NCBI GenBank assembly: GCA_003427395.1 | Contig: BFEA01000015.1 | Span: 180,954-244,953, forward strand | Reading direction: 5' to 3' | DNA: 64,000 nucleotides | Source of the DNA: Chara braunii | Taxonomy: Eukaryota; Plantae; Charophyceae | Shown here: positions 25,906 through 38,746 of the stretch, one piece after another | How the letters are laid out: each line of letters opens with the position of its first letter | Position numbering within the stretch: the first letter of the stretch is position 1 | Notes under the pieces: model-generated | Databases searched by the model: none | Told to the model about the DNA's origin: nothing | What the model saw: only the letters and a program-made list of their open reading frames with translations | Position numbers and translations under genes: made by a program

Positions 25906-26893
25906 CTGTGTATATGCCCGTACGTATATAGGCCGTACAAAATCCCGTACGATCGTACATACTGGCCCCTATACCCCCGTACGGGCCGTACGTACCGAGT
26001 TCGGGCCCCGGAAGGGGGTTGGGGGGGTGGATGAGCTGAGGGGGGGTCGGGTGTCGAGGGGTACCCCTCCATTNNNNNNNNNNNNNNNNNNNNNNNNNNN
26101 NNNNNNNNNNNNNNNNNNNNNNNNNNNNNNNNNNNNNNNNNNNNNNNNNNNNNNNNNNNNNNNNNNNNNNNNNNNNNNNNNNNNNNNNNNNNNNNNNNNN
26201 NNNNNNNNNNNNNNNNNNNNNNNNNNNNNNNNNNNNNNNNNNNNNNNNNNNNNNNNNNNNNNNNNNNNNNNNNNNNNNNNNNNNNNNNNNNNNNNNNNNN
26301 NNNNNNNNNNNNNNNNNNNNNNNNNNNNNNNNNNNNNNNNNNNNNNNNNNNNNNNNNNNNNNNNNNNNNNNNNNNNNNNNNNNNNNNNNNNNNNNNNNNN
26401 NNNNNNNNNNNNNNNNNNNNNNNNNNNNNNNNNNNNNNNNNNNNNNNNNNNNNNNNNNNNNNNNNNNNNNNNNNNNNNNNNNNNNNNNNNNNNNNNNNNN
26501 NNNNNNNNNNNNNNNNNNNNNNNNNNNNNNNNNNNNNNNNNNNNNNNNNNNNNNNNNNNNNNNNNNNNNNNNNNNNNNNNNNNNNNNNNNNNNNNNNNNN
26601 NNNNNNNNNNNNNNNNNNNNNNNNNNNNNNNNNNNNNNNNNNNNNNNNNNNNNNNNNNNNNNNNNNNNNNNNNNNNNNNNNNNNNNNNNNNNNNNNNNNN
26701 NNNNNNNNNNNNNNNNNNNNNNNNNNNNNNNNNNNNNNNNNNNNNNNNNNNNNNNNNNNNNNNNNNNNNNNNNNNNNNNNNNNNNNNNNNNNNNNNNNNN
26801 NNNNNNNNNNNNNNNNNNNNNNNNNNNNNNNNNNNNNNNNNNNNNNNNNNNNNAAAAAAAACGGTGCGGCTTTTTTTTTCTTTTTTTCTTTTT

Positions 26894-26943
<50 letters not shown>

Positions 26944-27080
26944 GGGGGGGTCGCCTCCCCCCCGCGAACACGCACACACACACACACAAAAAAACAGGCG
27001 CAACTTTTTATTCTTTTTTTTCTTTTTTTTCTTTTTTTTGATTGATTGATTGATTGATTGTGCGGGGGTCGCCTCCCCCC

Positions 27081-27112
<32 letters not shown>

Positions 27113-27432
27113 AGCGGGGCAACTGCCCGTTTTTTTTCCGCTACGAGCTTTTTTTCTTTTCTTTTCTTTTTTCTTTTTTTTTCCTCGTCTTTTTTGTTTT
27201 TGATTTAAAAAAAATCCTTCTAAAGGATAAAAATATATATATATATATATTTGGGGTTGCAGATCTTTTCGAGATCTACAACCCCTTTTTTTTTTTTTTT
27301 TTTTTTTTGGGTTTTTTTTGGGCCCTAAATCACCCTCGTACGGCCGTCGTCTGTACGGCCGTACGGGCGTCCGTACGTCCGTACGTCTTGGCCGTATGGA
27401 GACCCCCGTACGACGTACGGGGGACGACACAG
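25906..27432. mobile_element. hAT-like non-autonomous element with 8-bp TSD CTTCGTTG
   Basis: TSD at 25898-25905 and 27433-27440. Imperfect TIR ctgtgt..cccgtacgt / acgtacggg..acacag. CGTACG subterminal repeats. The empty site is visible in the paralogous unit (~24370, ccttcgttgcacccg). The element spans an N gap. Confidence 0.88.
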
Positions 27433-28919
27433 CTTCGTTGCACCCGTCGAGAAGCCCTTCCAATATGCGGAGTGCCGCGCAAACACCGGTTACTCGCTAC
27501 TCTACCACCCGCCAAGTTGGGATCCCGGCGGACTTCGGGGATCCGTGTGAATCGAGCCATTATTCTCAACGGCCTGGACTTTCCCATTTGTTCTGATTGC
27601 CAGAGGTTTGGGGATGCACAAAAGCGCTCGTCTTGAGAATTGCGCTTATAGGGGTTTATGGGGGTCTATCACCCATGGTTATATTTTTCTTCTCCGCGCC
27701 GCAAAGAACTTCGAGTACCACGCGCTGTTCTACTGATACCTGTCAAAATTCAGTTGTGACTGGAACACGGCACGACCTCGCTTTGTCGTTGGGAGGAATC
27801 GGTGTTTATAGGTGTTTATAGGGGTCACTTGGGGGCCGCACTGCACCGATTTGTAAGGTGGTGCACCCACGACTGTCCTTTTTTCTGTGTGTTCTCTCGT
27901 CCAACAGGCAGTTGCGAGCAGCAGAGCATAAACAGATTCTTGGCGCCATCCGCAACCGCCAAGTTTGGATCACGGCGAACTATACAGTTCACGGTGATGC
28001 TAAGCGTCCTTTTCCACGGCCTAGTCCATCGCATTGGTTGTCATTATAGAAAAACTATGGGTGCGCACACGAGCTCGCCGTAATTAGGGTATACAGGGGT
28101 TGCTGCCATTGGCAGTGGTTATTGTCGTTCGCCTGCGAGGACGTTGCGGTGTCGAAGCCACGCGGGCTGCGAAGCCTTGGAGTCCCAGCAGATAGTCTCG
28201 AAATCGAGGTGGTGTTAATCGAGGTTTATGGGGGTCGCTTGAGGGTCATTCACCAGTGTGTTTTCTAATCTCCAGTCGCTCATAGCCTAGCATTTGTACT
28301 TACAACTGACAGACAAGCAGTTCACGGCGACCAATGCGTAACCCGTTCGCGGTCGAATCCGTTTCTTACAAATTCGGATCCCGACGAACTTCAAGTCTAA
28401 CTCGTGGTAGGACGCGTCCTCCTGGGCAAAGGTCACGCAACGCCAAAAAAAAAATGGGGTCCAGAATTTCACAACAAAGATTCGCGCCTAACACGTTGCG
28501 TGCCCGACCCATAACCGGATATCAAAAACCACCTGCAGGCAGCGCGAGGTTGACATCTATAAATGAAGGGCGGACACAGGCTCCCTCATAACGACTAGCC
28601 ATACATGAGTTCACAAGCAGTCGCAGTGGGTCTATTTCGACACTCAAGTGTCGGCTGACACGCGCCTTGAGGGACTTGCCTCTCGACGCTTGACAACCGC
28701 CAAGACGGTTGCGGGACCTACCCTCTTCAGCAACCTGCACGAATGACGGGAGAGCGGGCCAATGCCCTTTGTCGCAGCTGAGTTCCATCATCAGAGGCCT
28801 TTACGCAGGTCAAGGGGTTTGACGTTGACAGTTGATACGGATTTCAACGTCCAACTACAAAAATTATAGAAAACAATAAAAATTTGGATGCCCTTCGGCA
28901 CATGCAATTAATGCATTCG

Positions 28920-30517
28920 CACGGGCTGAAGAATCCTTGGTCAGCCTCCTCCACAAAGGGAAGGACAACGTCCTCTCCAAGTACACCCCGGAGGTGGTGA
29001 GGTGGTGTAACAATGGGGAGGTGCACAAAATCCGCGTAATAAAGTCGAAGGACCTATGGGTCTCCTTTCAACCCGAGACACCGCTGGAAGAACTCCCCCT
29101 CGACCCAGCAAAATGGCAATGGAGGCCCAAACATCGACCGCAGGCCGCGCCAAACAAACACCTGTTCAGCCTGTCGGTGAAAGATACATATCGGCAGCTA
29201 CGCCCGAAAGTGAACTTCAAACCCAGATGAATGTCGGGAGAGACTCCCTGCGCCCTATCAGATGGTTTACAAGTGTAAAATCTAAACCGGTGAAGTTCGC
29301 CTCGCTACAACGGCAGATAGAACATCGCTGCCTCCCGACAAATAATTGGCTGGTCGACCGCACTCACCTAGAGCAGAGAGGCCTGGCGCTGCCATGGTGC
29401 AAATCATATCATACCGCCTTCCCCTCTCGAAAGATCCCGGAAACGATAGAACATATCTTCCTACAGTGTCCAGGAGCGGTGCTGACTTGGCGGTGGTTGG
29501 ACAGGATATGGAATCTTTTGGACACCGGATCCTCCTGGCCATGGGAGTGGCGAGCATTGCTCTGCGAGGCTTGGACCTCCCCTACAGATAAGGAGTTTGA
29601 GAATAACATGTTCAGGACAGGCAGGAGAACCATCATCTGGGCACTTTGGCGAAAACGCTGCATACACGCTATCGAAGGGGTCCGGGTAGAAGGGGAGGAG
29701 GTGACAGAAATGATCAAACAATTCATTAACCAAGAACTCCGCTCCCGGTGGCAGAAAGTCAAAGGCCAATTGGACATGTATCACAACAAAAAAGATGTCC
29801 AACAAGCAATAAACAAATTCGCAGAGGATTGATTGGGCAGCAATCAAGGGGGATGGATGGCACGTATCTGCTGGGAGGGGGGACAAGTGCAGGGGCAGGA
29901 ACCGGATGACTTCCAAAGGGATTATTGCATACACTTTAACGATTGGACCAAGATTGACCAGCGGACCCCTCTTCGACCTCCCACAGACTTCCCTGACCCC
30001 TTCCCACCCCACCAACTGGCAATGGTGGACATGCAATGGTATGGTGCGGCATGAACAGACGTCGACGTCAGCCTGCACTATCCTGCTCGGCGGCAGGGAG
30101 AATATATCGGCAGGCGTGGAAAGTAAGCAGTCAGCAGGGCAGCTTTTCAGAAGCTGGAAACGGGGGGAACCAGGATGGGAGAATAAATATTTGGGACCCG
30201 CCCAGTAGTTTTGCTCTTCAGAACTCGGAACTGGGGGGAGCCAGGGAGAGAAAGTAGATATGTGGCGCCGTGTGTAGGGTGAAGAGGCCCCCCCCCTCCC
30301 AACCTCCTGCTCAATCAATCCCCTCGATCCCAGGGTAATCAATGCTGGAAGGATCGGGCTACTTTCTTCTCATGATGATCTAATGTGAACTGAATTCTGT
30401 CTATGTAAGGGATGCTGGAACCGGTTTCCAGCAGGTGTTGCTCCCCACCAATAGATGGAGCCTCCCCTGGGTGCTAGAGGTGTGTACTCATACCAGCACT
30501 GCTAGCACTGACGGGTG

Positions 30518-30552
<35 letters not shown>

Positions 30553-30555
30553 AAA
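28920..30555 (+). mobile_element. 5'-truncated L1/Tx1-like LINE (C-terminal zf-RVT region, 3' UTR and poly-A)
   Basis: HRCLPTN...WC...ETIEHIFLQC...W motif in ORF 29056-29832. Poly-A at ~30522-30549. Exact 18-bp TSD ATGCAATTAATGCATTCG at 28902-28919 and 30556-30573. Confidence 0.92.
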
Positions 30556-31091
30556 ATGCAATTAATGCATTCGAAGGATTCCGATCTCTGCCGAGTTCGG
30601 ATGCCGTGTTCGGATGCTACGTCGGGGATCGAGTCTGGGGAAGGGGGGTTGGGGGGAGGGGGGGGGGTTCGGTTGCATTGTACTCGATTCTTTACTATTC
30701 GTGCTTACAGTTTGCTCCGTTGTTTTGCAGGATGTGAGACAAATTCGAATGACCAGTTCGATCCGCTGAAGAGTTCAATCGATTTCACTGACGGGAATCA
30801 CATCCGCTACACCGAGATGTTCAAGGAGGCTGGCTACTTCGATATATGCACGTCAATGGAGCAAGTATGTAGATGACCGTTAGGTTACCTGAAGTTAATT
30901 ACGAAAGGCTCTAACAAGAAGAAAGAGTTTGTGCAATCAAAGGAAATCCATGGATCAAAGAGAGCTTCTCCCCATGGCGTTTCGCCTTTCATTGCGTTCT
31001 TTGCATGACGGCGTCAAGGACGGCTCAGCGAACGACCGCATGAACCGGGCTATGGAAACCGAACACGCCATATCACCTACAACACCTAGAG

Positions 31092-33975
31092 TTGGCCCCG
31101 ACGAGCTCTTCGCACAGTTCGCCGTTCCAACCGTTCACTGCAGTTTTTCCCAGAAAACGAAGTCTCGCTTTTCGTGAGAGCTTTGGAGGTTGCATCCAAA
31201 AGCCTACAGATTTGGCGACACCATCCGCAGGCGAAGAACCGTCTGCCTCCCGAATCGAGTTCTACATTCCTGACGAGGTGCAACCCACAACTTCGGTGCA
31301 CAGCAGTTGCATGTCGATGGCTGCTTCTTTCGCAACATCTGATGACCAGAGTGAGAAGTTGGTGGCCACTGATTACTCGTTTGGACGACAGTCCTCTTCC
31401 AATGCACCTTCACTTCGTGCCAGCTCCAGTACTACGAAGTTGGTTGGCACCGACTATTCTTCAGAGGAACTTTCCACAACACGGGCGGGTCCAACGCAAG
31501 TGCGAAGTGATGATGCCATTCCAGCTCAGAGTCAGTCTGGGTCGGAAGCGTCTGGCGGGGGTGATGCAGAGAGAAGGGCAATACTACAAATTTTGTCCGC
31601 ACCTCTGCCAGGCGAAAGACGAAAGTATAGCATGGCTAATAGGAACGCTAGGAGGAAAGATCAGTACAAAAGAGCGAAAAACATGTTGTCCGAAAAAAGA
31701 CTGCTCATGGTGCGCGGCATGACATGTTGCAAGGCTCGTTGTTGTTACGACGTGTCGCCTGAGGAAGTGCGAAAGGTTTGACAAGGACTGTACAGTAAGA
31801 GTGCGGTGGAGCGAGCTGAGTGGTGGATGAAAAGTATTAAAGATTTTACGGTAAATGAGAGTGGACAAAAACGTGTCCGCCCTGTGGAGTTGGAACGTTC
31901 GATGTGCGTCAAGGTGTACTGCAATGTGCTCGGTGTCTCGTATAACACGTTTTATAGCTACAAAAATCACTTCGACAATAACTTTGTGCGTTCCGAGCAT
32001 GGCCTGACGGGTAGATATCGGCCTACCAATAAAACGGTTGCCATGCTTGCCAGCATGAGAACGTTCATCGAGTGTCATGCGGATAGCATGCCGAATGAGG
32101 TGGCTAGCGAAGGCAATGTTTCCAGACCGAAACTTCGACTCCCAGCTGCTTTTACGAAGAGATCAATTTATGAGTCCATCAAATCTGACTTTATGGCCGA
32201 TGGCGTCGCGGTCGTGTCTGAGTCCAACTTTTATAAGTTATGGCGGAAAGATTTTTTCCACGTATCCCTCGCGCACTCTAACATGTTCACGAAGTGTTCC
32301 GTCTGTCATAAACTGAAGGGACGTGTACAATATGTTGCTCTTCCTCGTGATCGAGAACAAGCTCGAGAGGATATGAAAGTTCACCAAAGGAGGCAAGTAA
32401 AACACAGATTGGACTATAGTCGAGCGAAAATTGATTCGATGGTCTATCCGAACGAGCATTTGTGTCTCATCATTGACGGCATGGATCAGAAGAAGACAAC
32501 TATCCCCCATATTGGTCAGGCAAACTACTCGAAAGCACTTAGGCATGAAATGATGATGAAGACGAATCTGACAGGCGTCATTGCACACGTTAGAGACCCT
32601 AGCATATATGTCTACACATGGTTTCCGTATTCCAAACACGATTCGAATACTGTCGCTACTTGTCTTACGAGAACCCTTGTCGAAATTCAAGAGAGAGGGA
32701 CGCCACTACCAACGTTTTTTAGCATTCAAGCAGATAATTGTTGGCGGGAAAACAAGAACAAGTACATATGTGCGCTAGCTGCACTGTTGGTTAAGTTCAA
32801 AGTTTTCCAAGAGGTAGAAATAGGTTTCATGCTGGTGGGGCATACCCATACATACGTTGACGCTACTTTCAGCGTTTTCTCGAAAGAATTGAAAGACATA
32901 GACGCTTATACTATGGACGAGTTCTACGAGCTCATAAAGCAATCCCACAAAAAGCCTCCCAAATGTATTTTCCTTGACACGATGGCAAATTGGATTAGTA
33001 TTGTAGACCCGTGCGTTGCGTCGGACATTACTGGTATTTCGAAACCGCACTTGCTTAAATTTTTGATGGTTGGAGATAATCCGGACATGTTGCACAAGGA
33101 GTTCTGCGATGACAACTGGTTGCCCGAGGAAAAAAAGGTCCGATTTATTGGTTCAATCAAAACCCCAATGAAAGCTATACAGGTCCTTCGTGGCCATTTG
33201 ACCCGCCTCATGTGCAACCCCTTCCTCGAAAAGACTGTGTGAATGACAAAAATAGTGTTATTCGATTCCGCGAGTTGTTGAAGAGTAAGCGGTTAACGTG
33301 ATGCACTTACAATGACCATGAGGTGAGTAGGAGAGAAAACCTTTTGAGTTACTAGAGGAGGTTATCAAACATGGCGATGAGATCATCGCCAACAGGTTGT
33401 CCTCACATCCTCAGGTAAGTTTTTGGCCAAGATCACAGTTGCTCGAAAGCGATCAACAACTTTCTCCTCGCAGTGTGAACATCGACGACAGGGAACCCCT
33501 GTTAGTTGGACGAAGAAAAGATCGTCCGAAGACCAGTTTCGACCCCCTCGTGCATGTTGACGTGGCCACTTTTCTTATCCTTCGCCCCTCCGACGATGAT
33601 CTGTCCAGCGGTGTGCCAATCTGGGTGGGCAAAGCTCTTTCTCGGGTGGTTGTTGAAAAAGATTCGCATAATTATAATCAAGTGTTGGTGGAATACTGGG
33701 TGCCGACTGGGAGAGCAAAGTCGCTCGAACAACTGTGTGACAACGCATGAGAGAAACGATGGAAAATGACTGAGCAGTCACAATGGCAGCATGCCGACTC
33801 AATCGCTTGTGGTTGGGAGAGACCGACCGGAGGTACAAAACCGTTTGTGACTAGATTTGTCATTCCTTCCAATGTTCGACGAAATGTCGAAGCTGCACTT
33901 CGAGATCTGAGTCCATCTGTTGAAGAGAGTCTCGATGCGGGGGACAAGAGCGACGAGTGCACGTCCGCCGAATAA
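31092..33975 (+). pseudogene. Sola-like DDD transposase pseudogene (DGMDQ / DNCxRENKN / GHTHxxxD type)
   Basis: ORFs 31092-31781 and 31806-33242 are in the same frame, split by one TGA. Motifs: CCKARCC, MCVKVYCNVLGVS, FTKCSVC, IIDGMDQ, QADNCWRENKNKY, FMLVGHTHTYVDATFS. A C-terminal extension at 33397-33975 follows frameshift(s) and has another in-frame TGA. The superfamily is assigned from motif recall. Confidence 0.8.
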
Positions 33976-34244
33976 AGTGAGGGAGTAGGATTTTTGAAAA
34001 TGACTGTTCGGACGAAAATTTGGAAGGGAGCATATTGTTTTTTTAACTTAGTTAATTGCGATGACTCTGCGGTGCGACAAGGTGACGGATTTTGTCCACG
34101 GTCTGGGGTTGATTTTTTTTAGATGGTTGGATGATGGTTAAGCAATTTTTGAAGTTAAGCGTGAAGGCGATTCCTCTGCTTTTTCGACATTTCATTTTCG
34201 TTTGTGTTTGCATTGCATGTCTCGTATAGGGAATGCAACAGAAG

Positions 34245-34820
34245 TCATGGCCCATTGGCATGATTATTCGTATCCCATTCACCCTTGTACATGCGGATTG
34301 CGTGGTGCGGACGGCGATACCAAAATTCTCGAGCATATGACAATGGAGTTCGAAAACGACCCATGGACGAGCGTCGTCCCCTTCTTCGATAAGCCTCTCG
34401 ATGCATGGTCCGAGGCAGAATGGGATAGGGCGATTTTGGCAAGGAAATGTCCATGGCATAAGAAGTACAAGCGATGGAGTGGGGGAGCCTAATCGAAGTA
34501 CCTCATTATGCCATTGGCGTCAGGCGACTTCCATCCCTGCGCGCTGCACGCAGACAGGAAGAGAATGAGCGGTTTTACCTTCGGTTGGAAAACGCCACGA
34601 GGTCACCTTGGGTGTGGTCTGCCAACTTGAAACAAGAGTTGTTGGACTGTGCATCCTACAATTCGTTTTTGGAAGTATATCCGTTGCGCGGTGCCGGAAT
34701 ACGGCCAAAGGATATGTCGTACTGTTGCATACGGTTGTCTGTGGCCGGTTCCAACTTCTGCAGAGTGTTGTGTGTGGCATGTTCAAACCGAAAGCGGACT
34801 TTGGTAGACGCTGTTATCCC
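34245..34820 (+). pseudogene. Unknown transposon-accessory gene, copy B, 3'-truncated
   Basis: Protein-level homology to 7960-9580(-). Frameshift near 34480. Homology stops abruptly after LVDAVI. Confidence 0.75.
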
Positions 34821-36054
34821 AGCAGCAACCCTTGGTCGTCCCTTGGGATGCCCACCCCAAAGCATCCCCAGATCTCTCTACCAGGCCTCACGCTCCAGCA
34901 TCAGCAGGTTACAGGGCAACACCCCAGCACCGGCCAGCGTCGTTCTGGCATCGAATGACCACAAATCATTGAGTATAACAGCATCGAAATTGCCTAAGAT
35001 GGATTGCTAAGAAACCCTAAAGTCCTAAGACATTCATAAGAACAATTGACTTTTTTTCTATTCAGACTCTACCAAGTCAAAAGAATATGTGTGTCAATAA
35101 GCCTCCCCATCACGAATCAGACAGGTGAAACCTATTCAATCCCCCTACGACCACCACCAGCATGGTTAATTTTAGCACGAACCGAAGCTCTTCCAAGCCT
35201 CATGCTCCCATCAAGTTAGGGTACAGAGTTGCACCACCTTGCTCCAGCACCAGCCAACATTGCTCCAGTTACGACCCCCGATGACCACTGGGACTGCCCC
35301 CGCAAACAGCCCCCCAGAGCTCTCAACCAGGCCTCGCGCCCCCACTAAGCTAGGTCACAAATTTGCGCCACCTGGCTCCGGCTCCGGCCAGCGTTGCTCC
35401 AGCATCGGTCTTCAATGGCCACCGACTTTTTAACCACCCCTCGCAGGATCAAAGATGGCTTGCCAGATAACACCTATTCTACAACCTCCTCGAGAGGCAA
35501 CCAAATGGAAAGCTATAGTAAACTGGATGATAGATTTCTTTGAGAGAGATCGCCCCTCCCTCCCCCTACCCCTTCCCCCTCAGCCCTATACTGCCTCTGC
35601 CGAGGAGAGTCACTCACTCGCCCTCGGCCCCAATATAAGACCAATCCTCTCCCACCCTTTCCCCAGGAGCACGCAGTTCCCACCTAAAGCATGCCCCCCC
35701 ACCCCTTGCCCATTTCCGGCTCCGCAGGGACTGATGGACCCACCCACAGTCCCTGCCCCAGAATAAGGCAACCCCCTACTCCGCCCCTACCCTCTTTGAT
35801 ACATTCACCCTCCACCTTGCGATGCCCCTGTAGGATAGAGCTCCCCCCACCCCCTTCCCATCGTTCAGCCCTCCGGGAACAATCTGATCCAGCCGACTAC
35901 AGTTATTGATGACACACTTACCAAAATATCATTCGCTTGGATTTTGTTGAATCTTGTTGGTGACGATGGACAGCACCCTGAAGACAATAATAATGAGAAT
36001 GATGGTGACAACCAACTCACCTGCTGATGCAGAGCAACATCTAATTGAAAACAA

Positions 36055-36385
36055 GCTGATGATGATGATGATAATGATGAGGATGAAAACGGAAAGATGA
36101 TGCTGATCTTACCAAAGAGCAGCACCAACAGCCCCTATGATTACAAACTGATGATGATGATGATGATGATAGTAATGATGATAGTGATGATGATGGTGAT
36201 GTTGATAATGATGATGATGATGATGATGGTGATGTCAGTAATGATGATGATGATGATGATGGTAAGGATGATGACGCATAGCGCCCTACAACGACTACAA
36301 GATGATGATGGTGTGATGACGAGCTCCTTGGATAATAACCTAAAGATGATGATGATGATGATGATGAGCAGCCCTATGATGACGT
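36055..36385. repeat. (GAT)n trinucleotide microsatellite
   Basis: Direct inspection. Confidence 0.95.
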
Positions 36386-37316
36386 CAAGTGTTGCCACCC
36401 GTGCCGTATGATGGAGAGAGATTTGACGATGGTGATACAACAGTGAGTGACGAGCAGCTCCCCTGATGCAAAGCTCCTTGATAGTAGTAAAGATATTAGC
36501 GCCGAACAAGAGTGAAGACATTGATCTTGATTTTCAGACCTTGGAATCAGGATTATTAGTTATATGTCCGTAACATATCAAGAGTTCTAGGATAGAAGAC
36601 CTAATAAGTAATGAAACAGGCAAAACTATCTAAGAATCTCATCGTTAAGAATCTCATCAAGGTCATCACGAAATCACGATTTCGAAACTTGAAGAAGAAA
36701 ACACAACTTACCCTTGACATCCCTAAACGCACCCCCCCTCTCTCCAAACCTCACCTCCTCCTTCATCGGCTCTCAAGCAACTCGGCCGCCTGTGATTGAC
36801 AATCATTCAAGTTGATTCAACCAACCCAATAGACCGAACGATGAAAATAACAGCACCCCAGCTAGGATTGCCATCACACCACTCCAAACCACGTGGCGAG
36901 ACTAAACCGCCAAACCCGCCAGCCGCCCCTTGCAGGTAGCCCAAAGAGATGAGGGGGTGTCCTCGTCGCAAACGTCTTCCACCTTTAGAAGACCCTTCTC
37001 CCGCATTCCTCCTCCCCCCTTCTTCCTTGTATTTAACAGAAGCAGCAAACAAAAGCGTCTACAACAACGTCCAAACACCACTAACCTGCTCCTCCATACC
37101 CCATGATCGCGCAATATTCCTCCTCTTCGCCGAGACCTTGATGTGAGATACGTTGCCCCCGTGTTCTTCCACTCACACAAGCGAGTACATAAGAGCAGCA
37201 GCAAACATGAGAGCCTATAGCAACACCCAGACACGCTCCTCCATACCCCAACCAACACCACACGTCGCCGACCGATGAAGCGGTCATACGCTGAGATCCG
37301 CTTGCTCCTGATGAGT

Positions 37317-37802
37317 GGGCATCGTGGCATCCATCTTGTTGCAAGCGCAGATCATCTGCTTCACGGCCAGCGTGAACGCCATCAGGGCGTGCTCACGGGT
37401 CTGCCCATCCTTCGAGATACCCGCCTCGAACCCTCCCGTCGACGAGCCAATCACCAGCACAGCCCAGTCCGCCTGTGAAGTGCCCGTGATCATGTTCTTG
37501 ATGAAGTCGTGATGGTCGGGCGCATCGATGACAGTCACGTAGTACTTCCGAATCGTCGTCTCGAACATCCACAACGCGATGTCGATGGTGATCCCGCACT
37601 CGCGCTCTGCCTTCAGCTTGTCCAACACCTAAGCGTACCTGAACGACCGCTTGTTCATCTCAGCCGCTTCCTTCTCGAACCTCTCGATCACACACTTGTC
37701 AATGCTACCCAACTTGTAGATGAGATGGCCCATGGCCGTCGACTTATGGGAGTCGACATGGCCAATGACCACCATGTTGATATGGGACTTCTCCTTTCCC
37801 AA
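37317..37802 (-). pseudogene. EEF1A: eEF1A (EF-1 alpha) N-terminal fragment, about 160 codons
   Basis: Reads [21 protein letters not shown]...[36 protein letters not shown]...[14 protein letters not shown]...GQTREHAL...NKMD. The start is ATG>TTG, there is a TAG at 37629-37631, the P-loop has G>H, and it is truncated after NKMDATMP. Confidence 0.97.
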
Positions 37803-38508
37803 GGCTGCTTACCGGACGCACAGCGGACGGCAAAGAATAACAGGATATGGCGGTCGCACCCAACCAAGCGATGAGGAAGCAGCACGACAAACGCAGCGCA
37901 CAACACAGATGATCCCACTCCCACCTCCTCCTCACGTCAAACTTGTCGTCATAGCGCCCTGTCCACTCTTCGTTTCCAGCCCTCACGTGTCATCCAAACG
38001 TCGGGCGGCAGAGCGCTCCCGGTAGCGCTCCGCCGCCCGAGCAATCAGGCTCCCAACAGTTTTACCTAGGGTGCACTACTCACGAAATGTGCAAAATTAG
38101 AATGAATCTTCTGCAGAACATGGAATAATACGCCACCATATGTTTTGTCTTTTGTGCATTTGGTGAGTAGAGGCCCTCAGGGCCACTGCACATGTTCTTA
38201 AGAAAAGAAAAACGAGAAAAGAAAAGAAAAGCGAGAAATAGTGACCCATAACCGACATGCATAGACCTGAATTCGAATCCAGACTATATATTCTCTGCCC
38301 ACCCTCACGGAGTACAAGTTTGAACCGTATCTCTGCATGACGTCGGGTCCTAGCTAATATGCTGTAGGGATCCTTCTGAAAAGAGGCTGGACACAACTAA
38401 GACATTTTTTAGTTTTCTACTTTTTTAATGTGCCACATCACTTGTGTGTGGGTGCCTGCATGTGCGGCACCCCCGCGCATGAGATGCGCCGCAAGTATGA
38501 TTCGAACA

Positions 38509-38567
<59 letters not shown>

Positions 38568-38746
38568 AAGGGGGTCCGAAAGGGGGTCCGAAATCCCCCG
38601 ACAGGTGAGTGCGCTGGGGGGGCCCGGCCCCCAACCGGGTGCCCTGCCCGGCCAGGCCACCCGGGACCTCCCCCGGGCCCCTGCCGGTCACCCGGGCGGC
38701 CCGGATCCCCACTCAGATATACACTCTATTACTTCACATTTGAAAT

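Larger units (their letters stand above)
22740..28200. repeat. Tandem array of a ~750-860 bp unit, about 5 diverged or partial copies
   Basis: Marker ccaatatgc.(a/g)..tgccgcgca at ~22787, 23539, 24399 and 27460. Marker taggggtttatggggg at ~22970, 23727, 24588, 25361 and 27649. Confidence 0.9.
10071..28392. repeat. Dispersed array of a 22-bp quasi-palindromic motif AAGTTCGGATCCCGGCGAACTT (at least 20 copies, both orientations)
   Basis: Copies at about 10071, 10915, 11249, 11287, 11373, 11512, 11641, 11862, 11981, 15834, 16110, 16381, 16498, 16561, 16801, 22836, 23593, 24453, 25149, 27513, 27961 and 28371. Confidence 0.85.

Noticed and set aside
25449-27122. 340-557 aa ORFs across the third gap
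   Set aside because: Mostly X residues plus microsatellite translation.
36097-36521. Poly-Met and poly-Ile ORFs
   Set aside because: Translations of a (GAT)n microsatellite.
37284-37802. Functional eEF1A
   Set aside because: Mutated start, in-frame stop, altered P-loop, and two thirds of the protein missing.
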